64,000 nt of DNA from an uncultured Phycisphaeraceae bacterium (GCA_964410465.1 CAYPGJ010000005.1:17275-81274), one strand, 5' to 3'; shown: positions 46,529 to 57,041, counted from the stretch's first letter. The notes: generated from the sequence alone by a model not told the origin. A program made the numbers and translations.

Positions 46529-47520
46529 GCTGGGGGGCTCCAGCGTCCGCCGACGCGGTGCATGACGTGGAACGCGGCGTTGAGGGCGAGCATCGCTGCG
46601 AGCACCCAGACGAGCGTGAGCCCTGAGACGCGTTCGTGTGCGAGCGTCCAGACGAACTGGACGAGGCAGAGGATGGAGACGAAGACGAGCGTTTTGCCGC
46701 GCGGGATGATGGTGAGCATCCAGGCGCCGAGGGGCGCGCCGAGGGCGACGACGGGCGCCGCGGCGAGCCAGTTGAGCACGGCTTCGTGGTCGATGCGTCC
46801 GAGGGCGGCGCTGGTGGCGGCGCCGACGATGGAGTTGAAGGCCATGAGGATGACGCTGGTGGAGACGGCGCGGCGGACTTCGCATCGGTAGAGGAGGACG
46901 AGCGCGGTGTAGATGACCATGTCGACACCGACGCCGGTGAGGGCTGCGGAGAGGCAGCCGGCGATCGCGACGGCGAGTCCGACGCACATGTCGCGTCGCG
47001 GCGCGAGGCTGCCGGGGCCGTCGGCGCTGGTGATCTCCCGGAGCTTGACGAGGGACATGAGTCCGAACGCGGCCCAGACGCAGGCGAAGACGAGTTTGAC
47101 GGCGACGTCGCTGGCGTGTGGGGTGAGGAAGACGGAGTAGAGGGGGAGGAGGAAGAGCGAGGCGAGCATCGCCCATCGGAGCACGCCCCACGCGACGGGC
47201 GCGCGTCGGCAGATGATGAAGATGGAGGCGGAGGTCATGCCGATGGATTGGACGAGGAAGGAGAAGTTGCGGCCGAGGGAGGCGGGCTGGTCGAAGAGGA
47301 GGACGAGGATGGGGAAGCCGACGGTTCCGCCGCCCATGGGCGTGGAGCCTGCGACGTAGGAGCCAGCGGCCATGGCTGCGGCGATGGGCCAGTGGTGGAG
47401 GAGTTGCGACCAGGCGTCGAGGAGCGTGTTGGCGAGTGCCCAGGCGAAGTAGAAGAGGGCGAGCCAGATCAGCCATGGGCGGAGCAAGCGGGCCGCGCCG
47501 TGTTGTTCCGGTGCACGCAT
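46513..47520 (-). CDS. TauE/SafE (TSUP) family anion exporter
   Basis: 335 aa from MRAPEQ (ATG at 47520). Polytopic, with the GGGTVGFPILVLL-type signature. Confidence 0.7.
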   Translation of the reverse strand: MRAPEQHGAARLLRPWLIWLALFYFAWALANTLLDAWSQLLHHWPIAAAMAAGSYVAGSTPMGGGTVGFPILVLLFDQPASLGRNFSFLVQSIGMTSASIFIICRRAPVAWGVLRWAMLASLFLLPLYSVFLTPHASDVAVKLVFACVWAAFGLMSLVKLREITSADGPGSLAPRRDMCVGLAVAIAGCLSAALTGVGVDMVIYTALVLLYRCEVRRAVSTSVILMAFNSIVGAATSAALGRIDHEAVLNWLAAAPVVALGAPLGAWMLTIIPRGKTLVFVSILCLVQFVWTLAHERVSGLTLVWVLAAMLALNAAFHVMHRVGGRWSPPAQDSC

Positions 47521-47605
47521 GAGGGTCGGGAGGATACATCGGCATGGCGGAGGATCGGGTGAACGGCCCGCATCCGACGGCGCCATCCGGACGAACGACT
47601 CCGGC

Positions 47606-48163
47606 ATGCGAGGGTCACGGGAAGCGGGCGTGGATGGGGCGGCGATCTCGCTTGCGATTGCGCGGGAGGGTCGGGATCGGGCGCTGGTGGCGAAGCAGAC
47701 GCTGCGGGCGCCGATCGACGAGGTGTTTCGATTCTTTGCGGACGCGGGGAACCTGGAGCGGATCACGCCGGGGTGGTTGCGGTTTCGGATCGTGACGCCC
47801 CTGCCGGTGGAGATGCGTGTGGGAGCGCTGATCGATTATCGGTTGCGGATGCGGGGGGCGCCGATCCGGTGGAGGACGCGGATCAGCGTGTGGGAGCCCC
47901 CCCACCGCTTCGAAGACGAGCAGGTGCGCGGTCCGTATCGGCTGTGGGCGCATGAGCACACATTCACGCCTGTGCGGGAGGGGACACTGTGTGTGGACCG
48001 CGTGCGGTTTCGTGCGCCGCTGGGCGCGCTCGTGCACGACGCGTTCGTCGTGCCGGAGGTGCGGCGGATCTTCCGCTCTCGGGGCGAGACGCTGGCGCGG
48101 TTGTTCGGCGCGGAGCGCGGGGCGGGGGTCACTTCGCGAAGTTCTTCGAGCGGAAGTGGTTGA
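47606..48163 (+). CDS. SRPBCC (START/polyketide-cyclase-like) ligand-binding protein
   Basis: Contains PIDEVFRFFADAGNLERITP...YRLWAHEHTF, typical of COG4276-type SRPBCC proteins. The start is uncertain. Confidence 0.7.
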   Translation: MRGSREAGVDGAAISLAIAREGRDRALVAKQTLRAPIDEVFRFFADAGNLERITPGWLRFRIVTPLPVEMRVGALIDYRLRMRGAPIRWRTRISVWEPPHRFEDEQVRGPYRLWAHEHTFTPVREGTLCVDRVRFRAPLGALVHDAFVVPEVRRIFRSRGETLARLFGAERGAGVTSRSSSSGSG

Positions 48164-49778
48164 GGATCTCGTTGTAGATCTGGCGGAGTGATTCGTCGCT
48201 CATGGGGCCGCCGTGGTCTTCGTTGGGACGGATCTCGATGTATCCGCCGGGCTGGCCCGGGGCGCGGCGGGCGTTGATCTTGTCGAGTTCGGAAGCGAGC
48301 GCTTCGACGGCGCGGTTGAGATAGAAGTTGTCCCTGGCGCCGGCCATGATGCGGATGCGGTCGCGGAAGACGGGTCCGAACTTGTCGGGGTTCTCGCGGA
48401 CGAGTGCGGCGATGTCGTATCGGGCCCAAGACTTGGCGACGGCGGGGTCGACGTCGCCGGACTTGAGGTCGAAGAGGGGCTTGAAGCGGCCGTCTGCGCC
48501 CTTGGGGCCGAAGACTGCCATCCAGGAGCACCACTGCTGTGCGCCTTCGCCCTTGGGACCGAGGACGCGCTCCATGGCGGCCTCGTCGTGGACGGTGAGG
48601 CGTACGGAATCTCCGACGCGGTAGGAGGGGACGGGCTGCCCGTCGGCGCCATTGAACATGTTGGAGGAGTTGTAGACGCTGCCGGCCTGGAAGTAGCGGA
48701 AGTCAACGGGGTCGGGCGAGCCGGCCCAGGCCTCGCCGAAGACGTCGGGGTGATGCATGGTCAGCCAGACGGCGGACCAGCCGCCGGAGGAGTGGCCTCG
48801 GAGGACGCGAGCTTCGGGGTCGGCGATGAGCTTGTACTTCTTCTCGAGTGCTGGGATGAACTCTTCGACGAGGGCCTTGGCCATGGGGCCGTTGTTGTCG
48901 GAGTCGGCGAAGAGCGTGTGGCCGTTGGGGCCGTTGGCGTCGAGGCAGATAAGGAAGGCGTCCTTCCAGAGTTCGTGCGTTTCGCGGTAGCGTGTGTCCT
49001 GGGGGAACTTGGCGCGTCGGACGCGGTGATGGCCTTCGATCCAGGCGTCGCCGTGATCACCGCCCCATTCGGCGGTGGTGGGGAAGCCGTGGACCCAGTA
49101 GACGGCGGGGTATTGGCGGTTGGGGTCGTAGTTGACGGGGAAGACGACGCCGGCGCGGAGCGTGGTCTCCGTGCCTCGGAAGGAGGAGAGGAGATCGGAG
49201 CGGACTTCGAAGAGCTCGACGCCTTCGATGGGGGGCATAGGTCGAGGGCCGACGTCGACCATTTCGAAGCGGACGAAGGGCTTGGGTCGGTCGGGACGGA
49301 TTTCGAAGTTGACGTACGGGGAGGAGGAGTTGGTGGGCTCCTTTTGCCAGGAGGAGTGTTCTGCGTTGCGGTCGATGACGGCCTGCGCGCGGTAGCGGCC
49401 GGCGGGCAGGTCCTTGAGGGGCGCGGGGAAGAAGAGCTCGTCCTTGAACTTGATCTGGTCGCCGACTTTGAGGTTGTCGACCCACATGGAGAACATGGGT
49501 TGTGGGGCGTCGAAGAAGGGGCCGTCGCCGGGGCCGAGTTCGGGCGGGAGGCCGCTCTTTTCGCTCAAGAGATAGATGGTGAGTCGGCCGGTGTACGGGC
49601 CGTTCGTGGCGAGCGGGGTGACGAGGATCTGAAAGTAGGGCGCGTCGTCCTTGCCGGCGTCGGCGGGGATCGGCTTCTTCTCCTCCGGGCGGCTGGGCAC
49701 GAGGGGCTGTGCGAGCGCGCACCAGGCGGTGAGTGAACCGATGAGCGCCGACAGGAAGACCGTGTTCAGTTTCTTCAT
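48129..49778 (-). CDS. Secreted alpha/beta hydrolase (esterase D / enterochelin-esterase-like)
   Basis: Signal peptide MKKLNTVFLSALIGSLTAWCALA (ATG at 49778) and the nucleophile elbow GHSSGG. Confidence 0.7.
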   Translation of the reverse strand: MKKLNTVFLSALIGSLTAWCALAQPLVPSRPEEKKPIPADAGKDDAPYFQILVTPLATNGPYTGRLTIYLLSEKSGLPPELGPGDGPFFDAPQPMFSMWVDNLKVGDQIKFKDELFFPAPLKDLPAGRYRAQAVIDRNAEHSSWQKEPTNSSSPYVNFEIRPDRPKPFVRFEMVDVGPRPMPPIEGVELFEVRSDLLSSFRGTETTLRAGVVFPVNYDPNRQYPAVYWVHGFPTTAEWGGDHGDAWIEGHHRVRRAKFPQDTRYRETHELWKDAFLICLDANGPNGHTLFADSDNNGPMAKALVEEFIPALEKKYKLIADPEARVLRGHSSGGWSAVWLTMHHPDVFGEAWAGSPDPVDFRYFQAGSVYNSSNMFNGADGQPVPSYRVGDSVRLTVHDEAAMERVLGPKGEGAQQWCSWMAVFGPKGADGRFKPLFDLKSGDVDPAVAKSWARYDIAALVRENPDKFGPVFRDRIRIMAGARDNFYLNRAVEALASELDKINARRAPGQPGGYIEIRPNEDHGGPMSDESLRQIYNEILNHFRSKNFAK

Positions 49779-50010
49779 GGCTCGATCCTGCACTCCCTCG
49801 CCGGCTTCCGCAACCCACCCCCCCGGGGTGGTCGACCGGGGGAAGGGTGGGCGCCAGCGGGCCTCAACGTCGGCCGTTGGCCGGCGCCGCTGCACCCCAA
49901 GACGCCTCACGCGGGGGGAGGTTCCGCGTGAAATCGAGCGTGAGCCCTGCTTTCCGTTCGTGTGGGCGTGTCGTTCTTGCCCGGAGTCGACGCGGGGTTA
50001 GGATTCCGTC

Positions 50011-50946
50011 ATGCATGGCTCGCGTTCCCGGACCTGTCGGCCAGCAGATCGGTGGGCGTTCTCGCTGGTGGAGCTGTTGGTGACTGTCGGGGTGATCGCG
50101 GTCGTCGCGGCGATTGTGGTCCCGTCGCTGGGTCGCGCCCGGGCCACGGCACAGAACACGGTGTGCTACGCGAATCTTCGGGCGCTTGGAACGGCGTGGC
50201 ACGCGTACGTGGCGGACAAGGGACACTTCCCGCGGACGCAGCGGTCGATCGCGAACGCGCACATCCCGGAGCTGCCGCCGAGCGCGGCGAGCTGGGGGGG
50301 CGCGCAGGCGGCGGGGAACCCCAACGACCCAAACTACGCGGCGCTGACGAAGGCGAGGCCGATCAACGCGTATGTGAGCGCGGAGCGCTTGGCCAAGACG
50401 CTGTTCGAGATCTTTCACTGCCCGCTGGACGAGGGAGGAAAGACGTGGAGCGCGTACGAGCGGAGGTATCGCACGATCGGCGAGAACTTCGAGATCGAGT
50501 TCTACCGGTTTCCGGAGCTGCGAGAAACGTGCTACGGGAACTACGGCAATTCGTACTACGCGAACGACTGGGTGTGGGCCAAGGTCGGCTCACCGGACGG
50601 GGGCGGGCCCAGCGGGGCGCCTCACTGGAAGTTCGACAACACGACTGACGCGATCATCAATCCGTCGAAGACGGTGATGCTGGGGGACATGGGCGGTCTG
50701 TACCCGGGCGTGTTCACGGATCAGCAGCAGCGCGACCTATCGATCATGATCGGGTGGTGGCACGGCCATCGCACGAGCAACATCGTGCTTTGGGACGGGA
50801 GCGTGAAGCGGGTCACGATGAAGCCAGGGGGCTCCACGGACGAGTACTGGATGTGGCTCAATCCGAGCGAGCACGAGGACTGGCACACGCCGCTGGCGGG
50901 GGTGCCGTCCGCGACACGGTGGCCGGGGTCTTCCGGCGGGCGGTGA
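50011..50946 (+). CDS. Prepilin-type N-terminal cleavage/methylation protein (DUF1559 / H-X9-DG-like)
   Basis: Contains AFSLVELLVTVGVIAVVAAIVVPSL, plus HGHRTSNIVLWDGSV near the C-terminus. Confidence 0.75.
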   Translation: MHGSRSRTCRPADRWAFSLVELLVTVGVIAVVAAIVVPSLGRARATAQNTVCYANLRALGTAWHAYVADKGHFPRTQRSIANAHIPELPPSAASWGGAQAAGNPNDPNYAALTKARPINAYVSAERLAKTLFEIFHCPLDEGGKTWSAYERRYRTIGENFEIEFYRFPELRETCYGNYGNSYYANDWVWAKVGSPDGGGPSGAPHWKFDNTTDAIINPSKTVMLGDMGGLYPGVFTDQQQRDLSIMIGWWHGHRTSNIVLWDGSVKRVTMKPGGSTDEYWMWLNPSEHEDWHTPLAGVPSATRWPGSSGGR

Positions 50947-50955
50947 TTCGGAGCG

Positions 50956-51828
50956 TCATCGCGCTGCGGCGACGGCGCGTGCGTTGCTGAGTGCGCGGAG
51001 TCGGACCCATTGCGTGGCCGAGGTTGCATCTTCGCGGTGGGCGAGAAGGTCGATCGTTCCGGTGATCGTGGGCGCGGATTCGGAGGCGGGGATGAGGGCG
51101 AGCCGCGCGGCGTGGAAATCGCCGTTGTAGCGGGCACCGGCGAGTTCAAGGCCGGTGCGGTCTTTGTCCCACGTGAGCGGGAGCGTCGGGGCATCTTTGG
51201 GCAGCACTGGCGCGTCGGCGGCGCGTGCGGGCCACGTGGCTTCGTCGGCGGACTCGGGCGTGACGTTGGGCCAGTCGGCGCGGGGCACGCTGATGCGGAA
51301 GGCGCCGAAGACGCCCTTGACGCCGTCGCCTCGGGCTTCGAGGACACCTTCGAGCACGACGTGCTCGCCGTCGACGTGGGAAGCGGCGTTGACGACGCCC
51401 CAGACGCGGCCTGCGACCGTGAGGATGCCGGTGTCGCCGAGTCGTGCGTTGCGGTTGATGACCGGCTCCTCGGGATCGTCTGCGGCGCCGAGCGAGGGGT
51501 CGTAGGGCACGATGGCGGGATTGCCGCTGCCCCCGCCCCCGCCCCCGGAGCCGCCCCCAGCACTCCCTGCCCCTCCCCCACTGCCGGCAGCGCCGACGGC
51601 GGGGCCGCCGGTGGAGATGCCGACGCCGATGCCTCCGCCCGGGTTCACGAGAGTGTTGCCGGAGATGTAGGAGGCGAGCTTTTTGGTGATGGATTCGGTG
51701 AGGCCGATGCCGTTGGTTTCGAAGGACCATTCCCAGCCGTCACAGCCCGCGGAGGCGAGGGTGAGCGTGGCGAGAGTGAGGATTCCGAGTCCTCGCGTTG
51801 CGCGACCGGTTCGAATCGTTCGTCCCAT
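50956..51828 (-). CDS. Lipoprotein with Gly-rich linker, unknown function
   Basis: Begins MGRTIRTGRATRGLGILTLATLTLASAGC with a lipobox. Contains a poly-Gly/Ser/Ala stretch. Confidence 0.55.
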   Translation of the reverse strand: MGRTIRTGRATRGLGILTLATLTLASAGCDGWEWSFETNGIGLTESITKKLASYISGNTLVNPGGGIGVGISTGGPAVGAAGSGGGAGSAGGGSGGGGGGSGNPAIVPYDPSLGAADDPEEPVINRNARLGDTGILTVAGRVWGVVNAASHVDGEHVVLEGVLEARGDGVKGVFGAFRISVPRADWPNVTPESADEATWPARAADAPVLPKDAPTLPLTWDKDRTGLELAGARYNGDFHAARLALIPASESAPTITGTIDLLAHREDATSATQWVRLRALSNARAVAAAR

Positions 51829-51962
51829 AGCACCACGATACGCGGCCCGGCCCTCGTCGGCTCCGTGGATCCTTGCTCAACCGATGTGCTGGCGAGCCGA
51901 TATCGTGTCCGCTGCTCCGCCCCGATTGGGGGCAACCAGACCAGACATCAGGGAGACATCGC

Positions 51963-52733
51963 ATGCCCCGTGTTCTCGCATCTCTTGTTCTCGGCTCGCT
52001 GGCGCTGCTGCTCCCGGCCTGCGCGAAGCATCTCGACTCGAATAGCCTCGTCGTGAGCGCGCCTGCGGATGCGCCGGAGGGGGGCCCGGCCGTGGACGTG
52101 AGCAACTTCCGCGGGTCGGTGGACATCCGGGTGAAGCCCTGGGTGAAGGACATCGGCGTGTCGTATGACGTGCTGGGCGATGCCGGGGTGAAGGACGCGG
52201 ACGGCGAGGCGGCTCGGGCGGCGGTGACGGTGCATGCGGAGATGGACAGGACGGGCGAGCTGCCGGTGTTGGTTGTTCGGACGGGGTCGGCGCGCGAGGT
52301 TGGGGATCACTCGGTGCGTCTTCGGATCGAGATGCCGGCGTGCTCTGGTGTGCGTGTGATCAATCACGGGGGCGAGGTGAGGGTGTGGAACACGTCGGGG
52401 GCCGTGCAGGTGGAGAACGACGGCGGCGCGGTGGAGGTGAAGACGGCGCACGCGATCTCCGCGCCGTACGCGTTGAGCACGACGGGGGCGTCGATTTATC
52501 TGCGTGCGGCACGGGACTCGAGCGCGTCGGTGGACGCGCTGAGCGAGGGTGGTCGGGTGGTATGGGATGCGGCGGACTCGTCGACGAGGGTGACGGCGTT
52601 TCGTGCGGCGGCCGGGAAGCTGACGGTGGGCGTGAACGAGGGCGCGCACGCCGTGCTGCTGCGGACGAGCGGCGGGGACATTCACGTGTCGTTCCTTGAA
52701 GACCCGGTGGGGCGTGTGGTTTACTTCAAGTAA
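51963..52733 (+). CDS. Lipoprotein, DUF4097-like (putative adhesin beta-helix)
   Basis: Begins MPRVLASLVLGSLALLLPAC. Has repeated G-G-x-V/I-x-V segments (GGEVRVWNTSGAVQVENDGGAVEVKT...SGGDIHVSF). Confidence 0.55.
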   Translation: MPRVLASLVLGSLALLLPACAKHLDSNSLVVSAPADAPEGGPAVDVSNFRGSVDIRVKPWVKDIGVSYDVLGDAGVKDADGEAARAAVTVHAEMDRTGELPVLVVRTGSAREVGDHSVRLRIEMPACSGVRVINHGGEVRVWNTSGAVQVENDGGAVEVKTAHAISAPYALSTTGASIYLRAARDSSASVDALSEGGRVVWDAADSSTRVTAFRAAAGKLTVGVNEGAHAVLLRTSGGDIHVSFLEDPVGRVVYFK

Positions 52734-53416
52734 GCGGGCGCTGGGGGGAGTGTTGGCGGCGCGGAGTTGAGACGTGTGTTGTCGCGAGGATCGACGGGGT
52801 AGTGCTGGCTGATGCCGTAGCTCGCCCACTGCTCGCGGTCGATCTCGTTGCCGGGGGAGAGGTCTACGCCGGGGAATTCGCCCCATATGCCGGCGCCGAG
52901 CGTGATATGCGCGGGGAAGTCGAGCCCGGCGGCGCGGAAGGCGGCGCGGAGTCCTGAGGTGCTATTGGGGCCGAGGAGGTAATAGCGCTCTTCGAAGACT
53001 CGTTCGTCGGCGATCGCTTTGGCGCGCGAGAGGGGCAGTGTCCAGTCGGCTTCGTGTCGGTCGGTGGCGGCTTGCTCTGCGTACGCGGGGCGGACGATGA
53101 TGCCTCGGGGCATTTTGGCGATGCGTTCGCGTCGTGCCTCGTCGGGAGGTGGTTGGTAGTTGCGCCAGCGGGCGGTGCTCCAGTACTCGACGGTTTCGGG
53201 AGCGTCCTGGTCGGGCCAGTGGATGAGGGCGTAGAGGTGGCGGCCGCGGCCGTAGACGACCCAGGAGCGGAGTTCGACGCGGACGGCGGGTTCAGTGGCG
53301 GCGGGCGGGCCGGCGTGGGCCGAGGGCGAGGGGCGCCAGAGGCCGGTGAGGGGGAGTGCTGCGAGGAGGGCGAGTGGGAGGAGAAGGAGGAGGAGGTGGC
53401 GCGGACGGGGGTGCAT
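52721..53416 (-). CDS. Secreted hypothetical protein
   Basis: Begins MHPRPRHLLLLLLPLALLAALPL, a signal peptide. ATG at 53416. Confidence 0.5.
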   Translation of the reverse strand: MHPRPRHLLLLLLPLALLAALPLTGLWRPSPSAHAGPPAATEPAVRVELRSWVVYGRGRHLYALIHWPDQDAPETVEYWSTARWRNYQPPPDEARRERIAKMPRGIIVRPAYAEQAATDRHEADWTLPLSRAKAIADERVFEERYYLLGPNSTSGLRAAFRAAGLDFPAHITLGAGIWGEFPGVDLSPGNEIDREQWASYGISQHYPVDPRDNTRLNSAPPTLPPAPAYLK

Positions 53417-53676
53417 GCGGGAAGTGTACGGTGGGAGGCAGAACACGAGATGGCACTCGAACAGTTGTAGGCAGCGAGACTGACGCGGCCGAGTCACAGA
53501 GACGCGAGGGCATCACGGCCGCCTCTCGCTGAGGTACCGGCCGTGCGCTTCACTGCGATTCCTTCTGCGCGATTTGCTCACGGATCGCCTCTTTTTGACA
53601 ATACGACTGATATCTGTTGACGCGGCGTCGCTGAATGATATTTTTTACGTGATTTCATACTCTCGGGGCGACTTCC

Positions 53677-54147
53677 GTGCGGACATTTACAACGCTGATA
53701 CAGGTTTCTCGGCACGTGTTTCGATTTGCCGTCGCTGCATTCCTGCTCTACGGCGGGATCGGCAAGCTCGTGGACCCGTCGCCGACGAGAGCCTTCGTAG
53801 CGGGGCTGATCCACTGGAGACCTTCCGCAGCGACGGTGTATTCCCTGGCGCTCGCCGAGTGCGGCCTCGCGCTCTGGATGATCGTCATTGTGTCGAGTCG
53901 ACCGCTCATCGTCGCATCGGGCGTCTTTACGGCGTTCGCCGTGATCCATGTTCTTTCGCTGGTCGTGCCTGACAGCCCGTCGTGCGGGTGCCTGGGCGTC
54001 GGAAGCGAGTCCCTGTCACCGTCTGAGATGGCAGGGCTCTGCACGGCTGCAGCGATCGGCTGTGCGCTGGCGTCGATCGGCCGCTCGCGCGACCGGTCGT
54101 GCGGCGATGAGGTCGAGTCGCTTCCTCAATCGGAGCCTCTGCCGTGA
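53677..54147 (+). CDS. MauE/DoxX-like membrane protein
   Basis: Four TM segments with the GKL..P motif (YGGIGKLVDP) and a CGCLG motif typical of the MauE family. Non-ATG start and lower-G+C context. Confidence 0.6.
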   Translation: MRTFTTLIQVSRHVFRFAVAAFLLYGGIGKLVDPSPTRAFVAGLIHWRPSAATVYSLALAECGLALWMIVIVSSRPLIVASGVFTAFAVIHVLSLVVPDSPSCGCLGVGSESLSPSEMAGLCTAAAIGCALASIGRSRDRSCGDEVESLPQSEPLP

Positions 54148-54899
54148 GACGCACTGGACTATCGCTCATTGAGATCGTGATCACGATCGGCGTGATCGCG
54201 CTGCTTACCGCCGTGGTCGTTACATCGCTGCGGCACACGAGAGCGAACACGCGCGAACTGAAAGACACGATTTCGCTTGGGCTGACGATTCGTGACTTTC
54301 ATGCGTACGCGAACGATCGGTCCGGCAACTATCCGAACGCCGGGCTGGCCCACTCGCCGGAATCGCAGTGGTTCTTCACGCCACATCTGCCGATGCACCT
54401 CCAGACCGGCGCGTACTTCTCGCAGATGACGGCGTGGCCTCGCGTGATGCATCACTGGTCGGGCCGATTCGAGGCGCACTGGCACAGCGTCGACGGGTAC
54501 AACGACCTGGGCGGGACCTACCCGCCAGCGATGGGCTGGACGCCTGAGATCACACTCGACCAGAACGCGCCGACGCATTTTCTGTATTCGCTGAGCATGC
54601 TGACGTATCCGGATCTCTGGGCTCGCCCCGGTGTCGGTCCGCTGAGCATGGAGCAGATCTCGACACGGTGTCGTCTCGTGCAGACTTCGGAAGTCGCGTT
54701 CCCGTCCCTGAAGGGCGTGCTGCTCTTCAGGCATCGTGAGGCGTCGGGACATTGGTTGGTCGCTTTCGCAGACGGGTCCGCCAGCTCGCGTCTCGTTGCT
54801 GACGCGTCTGCACCAGCGGCGCCGCCGTCGGGAGCGCCTGATCGTGAGGGCGTTGCGGTTCTCAATACGGTGGATGGCTACCGAGGTCGTGATTATTGA
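54144..54899 (+). CDS. Prepilin-type N-terminal cleavage/methylation protein
   Basis: Begins RRTGLSLIEIVITIGVIALLTAVVVTSL. The start overlaps the MauE-like stop by 4 nt. Confidence 0.7.
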   Translation: MRRTGLSLIEIVITIGVIALLTAVVVTSLRHTRANTRELKDTISLGLTIRDFHAYANDRSGNYPNAGLAHSPESQWFFTPHLPMHLQTGAYFSQMTAWPRVMHHWSGRFEAHWHSVDGYNDLGGTYPPAMGWTPEITLDQNAPTHFLYSLSMLTYPDLWARPGVGPLSMEQISTRCRLVQTSEVAFPSLKGVLLFRHREASGHWLVAFADGSASSRLVADASAPAAPPSGAPDREGVAVLNTVDGYRGRDY

Positions 54900-54940
54900 T
54901 CGGCGTTTCGATACTTCGAACTCATACGGAGGAGCGTGTT

Positions 54941-55378
54941 GTGAAACTGAGGATGCGGATCGCAAGTGCGGTTGTGCTGACGCTCGTCGCAGGGCTGTCT
55001 CACATCGCGCCGGGAGACCCGGACGGCGGCGGATTCTGCACGTGCTCAGGCCCTGAAGCGCATATGGGCGTGCCGATCGGCGTGTGCACGCTCGTCAATC
55101 AATTGGGCGAAAACGATCAGGGGTTCCTCTGGCGGCAAGACACCGCCTGCCCGGACTGTCGCATCGGAAATCATCCGTGCCCGTTGATGACCCGTTGCTG
55201 CCCGAAGGGAAAGCAGGGCTACTTCGTCTGCGCTGACATGATCGACCAATACTGTGATGTCATCCCGGTGTGCCAGTCGATGTGCTGCTACGGCATGCCA
55301 ACGCCACAGGTGGTTCTGGTGACATGCGGCGGGACCCTCGTTTCCGCGACGATCTGGAACTGCAGCATCCCGGTCTAA
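54941..55378 (+). CDS. Small secreted cysteine-rich protein (16 Cys)
   Basis: GTG at 54941 is preceded by GGAGGAG; an alternative ATG is at 54953. Signal peptide (V)KLRMRIASAVVLTLVAGLSHIA. I counted 16 Cys, including two CC pairs, in the ~125-aa mature part. Confidence 0.55.
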   Translation: MKLRMRIASAVVLTLVAGLSHIAPGDPDGGGFCTCSGPEAHMGVPIGVCTLVNQLGENDQGFLWRQDTACPDCRIGNHPCPLMTRCCPKGKQGYFVCADMIDQYCDVIPVCQSMCCYGMPTPQVVLVTCGGTLVSATIWNCSIPV

Positions 55379-55555
55379 GGGCGGCGTGCCGGCCCGCACC
55401 GGGGCGCAAGTCTCAGCACATCGTGTCCGTGTCTGCGATCTCAGTCCGCGCGTGGTTGGATGCGCGCTGTCAAAGCGTGATTCGCCCTGACATTTTCGGC
55501 GCATGGGCCTCGTCTGTTGTTGAAGATGTATCGCGGGCTGCACGCATCGACCGTG

Positions 55556-56626
55556 TCACGCCACCGTGACGGACTTGTCGAGATAGACGTCCTGGATGGC
55601 GTGGAGCATGGCGACGCCGTCCTTGAGGGGGCGTTGGAACGCCTTGCGTCCGGAGATGAGGCCGATGCCGCCGGCGCGTTTGTTGATGACGGCGGTGCGC
55701 ACGGCGTCGGCGAGGTCGCTTTCGCCCTTGCTTTCGCCGCCGGAGTTGATGAGGGGTGAGCGGCCCATGTAGCAGTTGGCGAGCTGATACCGGCACAGCT
55801 CGATGGGGTGGTCGCCGGGAGAAAGCTCGCTGTACATGCGCTTGTCGAGCTTGCCGTAGGAGGAGCCGCCCATGTTGAGGGCTTCGTAGCCGTGATTGTT
55901 GGTGGCGAGTTTCTGCTTGATGATGTCGGCTTGAATGGTGACGCCGAGGTGATTGGCCTGACCGGTGAGGTCGGCGGCGGTGTGGTAGTCGACGCCGTCC
56001 TTTTTGAAGGCGTCGTTTCGGATGTAGCACCAGAGGACGGTGACGAGGCCGAGGGCGTGGGCTTCTTCGAACCAGGCGGAGACCTCGTCGATTTGGCGGG
56101 TGCTCTGGTCGGAGCCGAAGTAGATGGTGGCGCCGACGGCGACGGCGCCCATCTCGAAGGCCTGGCGGACGCTGGAGTATCTGGTTTGGTCGAACTTGTT
56201 GGGGTACGTGAGGAGTTCGTTGTGATTGAGCTTGACGAGGAATGGGATCTTGTGGGCGTACTTGCGGGAGACGGCGCCGAGGACGCCGAGGGTGGAGGCG
56301 ACGGCGTTGCAGCCGCCCTCGACGGCGAGCTTGACGATGCCTTCGGGGTCGAAGCAGGCGGGGTTTTTGGCGAAGGAGGCGCCGCCGGAGTGCTCGATGC
56401 CCTGGTCGACGGGGAGTATGGACATGTAGCCGGAGCCGGCGAGGCGTCCGGTATTCATCAAGAGTTGAAAGTTTCGGAGGACGGAGACGGGTCGGTCAGA
56501 GTCTTTCAACACTCTGTCCACGAAGTCCGGGCCGGGGAGATGGATCGAGGAGCGTTGGAAGCCCTTGCACTCGTACCCGAGAAGCGTCTTCGCGTCGGAA
56601 CCCAGCAGATCGGCAATCTTCGACAT
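55556..56626 (-). CDS. fbaB: Class I fructose-bisphosphate aldolase (DhnA/FbaB type)
   Basis: 356 aa from MSKIADLLG (ATG at 56626). Collinear with E. coli FbaB as recalled ([62 protein letters not shown]). Confidence 0.92.
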   Translation of the reverse strand: MSKIADLLGSDAKTLLGYECKGFQRSSIHLPGPDFVDRVLKDSDRPVSVLRNFQLLMNTGRLAGSGYMSILPVDQGIEHSGGASFAKNPACFDPEGIVKLAVEGGCNAVASTLGVLGAVSRKYAHKIPFLVKLNHNELLTYPNKFDQTRYSSVRQAFEMGAVAVGATIYFGSDQSTRQIDEVSAWFEEAHALGLVTVLWCYIRNDAFKKDGVDYHTAADLTGQANHLGVTIQADIIKQKLATNNHGYEALNMGGSSYGKLDKRMYSELSPGDHPIELCRYQLANCYMGRSPLINSGGESKGESDLADAVRTAVINKRAGGIGLISGRKAFQRPLKDGVAMLHAIQDVYLDKSVTVA

Positions 56627-56705
56627 CGCCCGCGTCCTCCAAAGGGGTGAGAACGGGGCATCATACCACTCGCGCGGGGGAGTTCGGGGTGGCGCGGGGT
56701 CGGGC

Positions 56706-57041
56706 TCAGGCCCGTCGCTGCAACCGACCGTTGGGCACAACGACGACCTCCGGGGCGTCCTCGTCGAGGGATCGTTGCATGAGGCGTCCGACCTTGAACT
56801 TGACGACCCTGCGCGCCGGGACTTTGACGCGTTCGAGGGTTCGAGGGTTCTGCGCCACCCGCTCGGCGCGCAACTTGATCTCGAACACGCCGAAGTCGCG
56901 CAGCTCGAGACGGTTGCCCTTTCCCAGCTCCTCGATGACTTGATCGAGGAATGACTGGATCGTTCGCTTGACTTCGACCCGGCTCTGGTTGGTGGATTCT
57001 GCGATCCTCTCAACCAGCTCGCGCTTCGTAACGGTCGCCAT
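56706..57041 (-). CDS. HU/IHF family DNA-binding protein
   Basis: Contains [14 protein letters not shown]....V...I..FLD.I.E.L..G..LELRDFG.F......R.A.NPRT...V.VP....V.FK.G. Confidence 0.85.
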   Translation of the reverse strand: MATVTKRELVERIAESTNQSRVEVKRTIQSFLDQVIEELGKGNRLELRDFGVFEIKLRAERVAQNPRTLERVKVPARRVVKFKVGRLMQRSLDEDAPEVVVVPNGRLQRRA

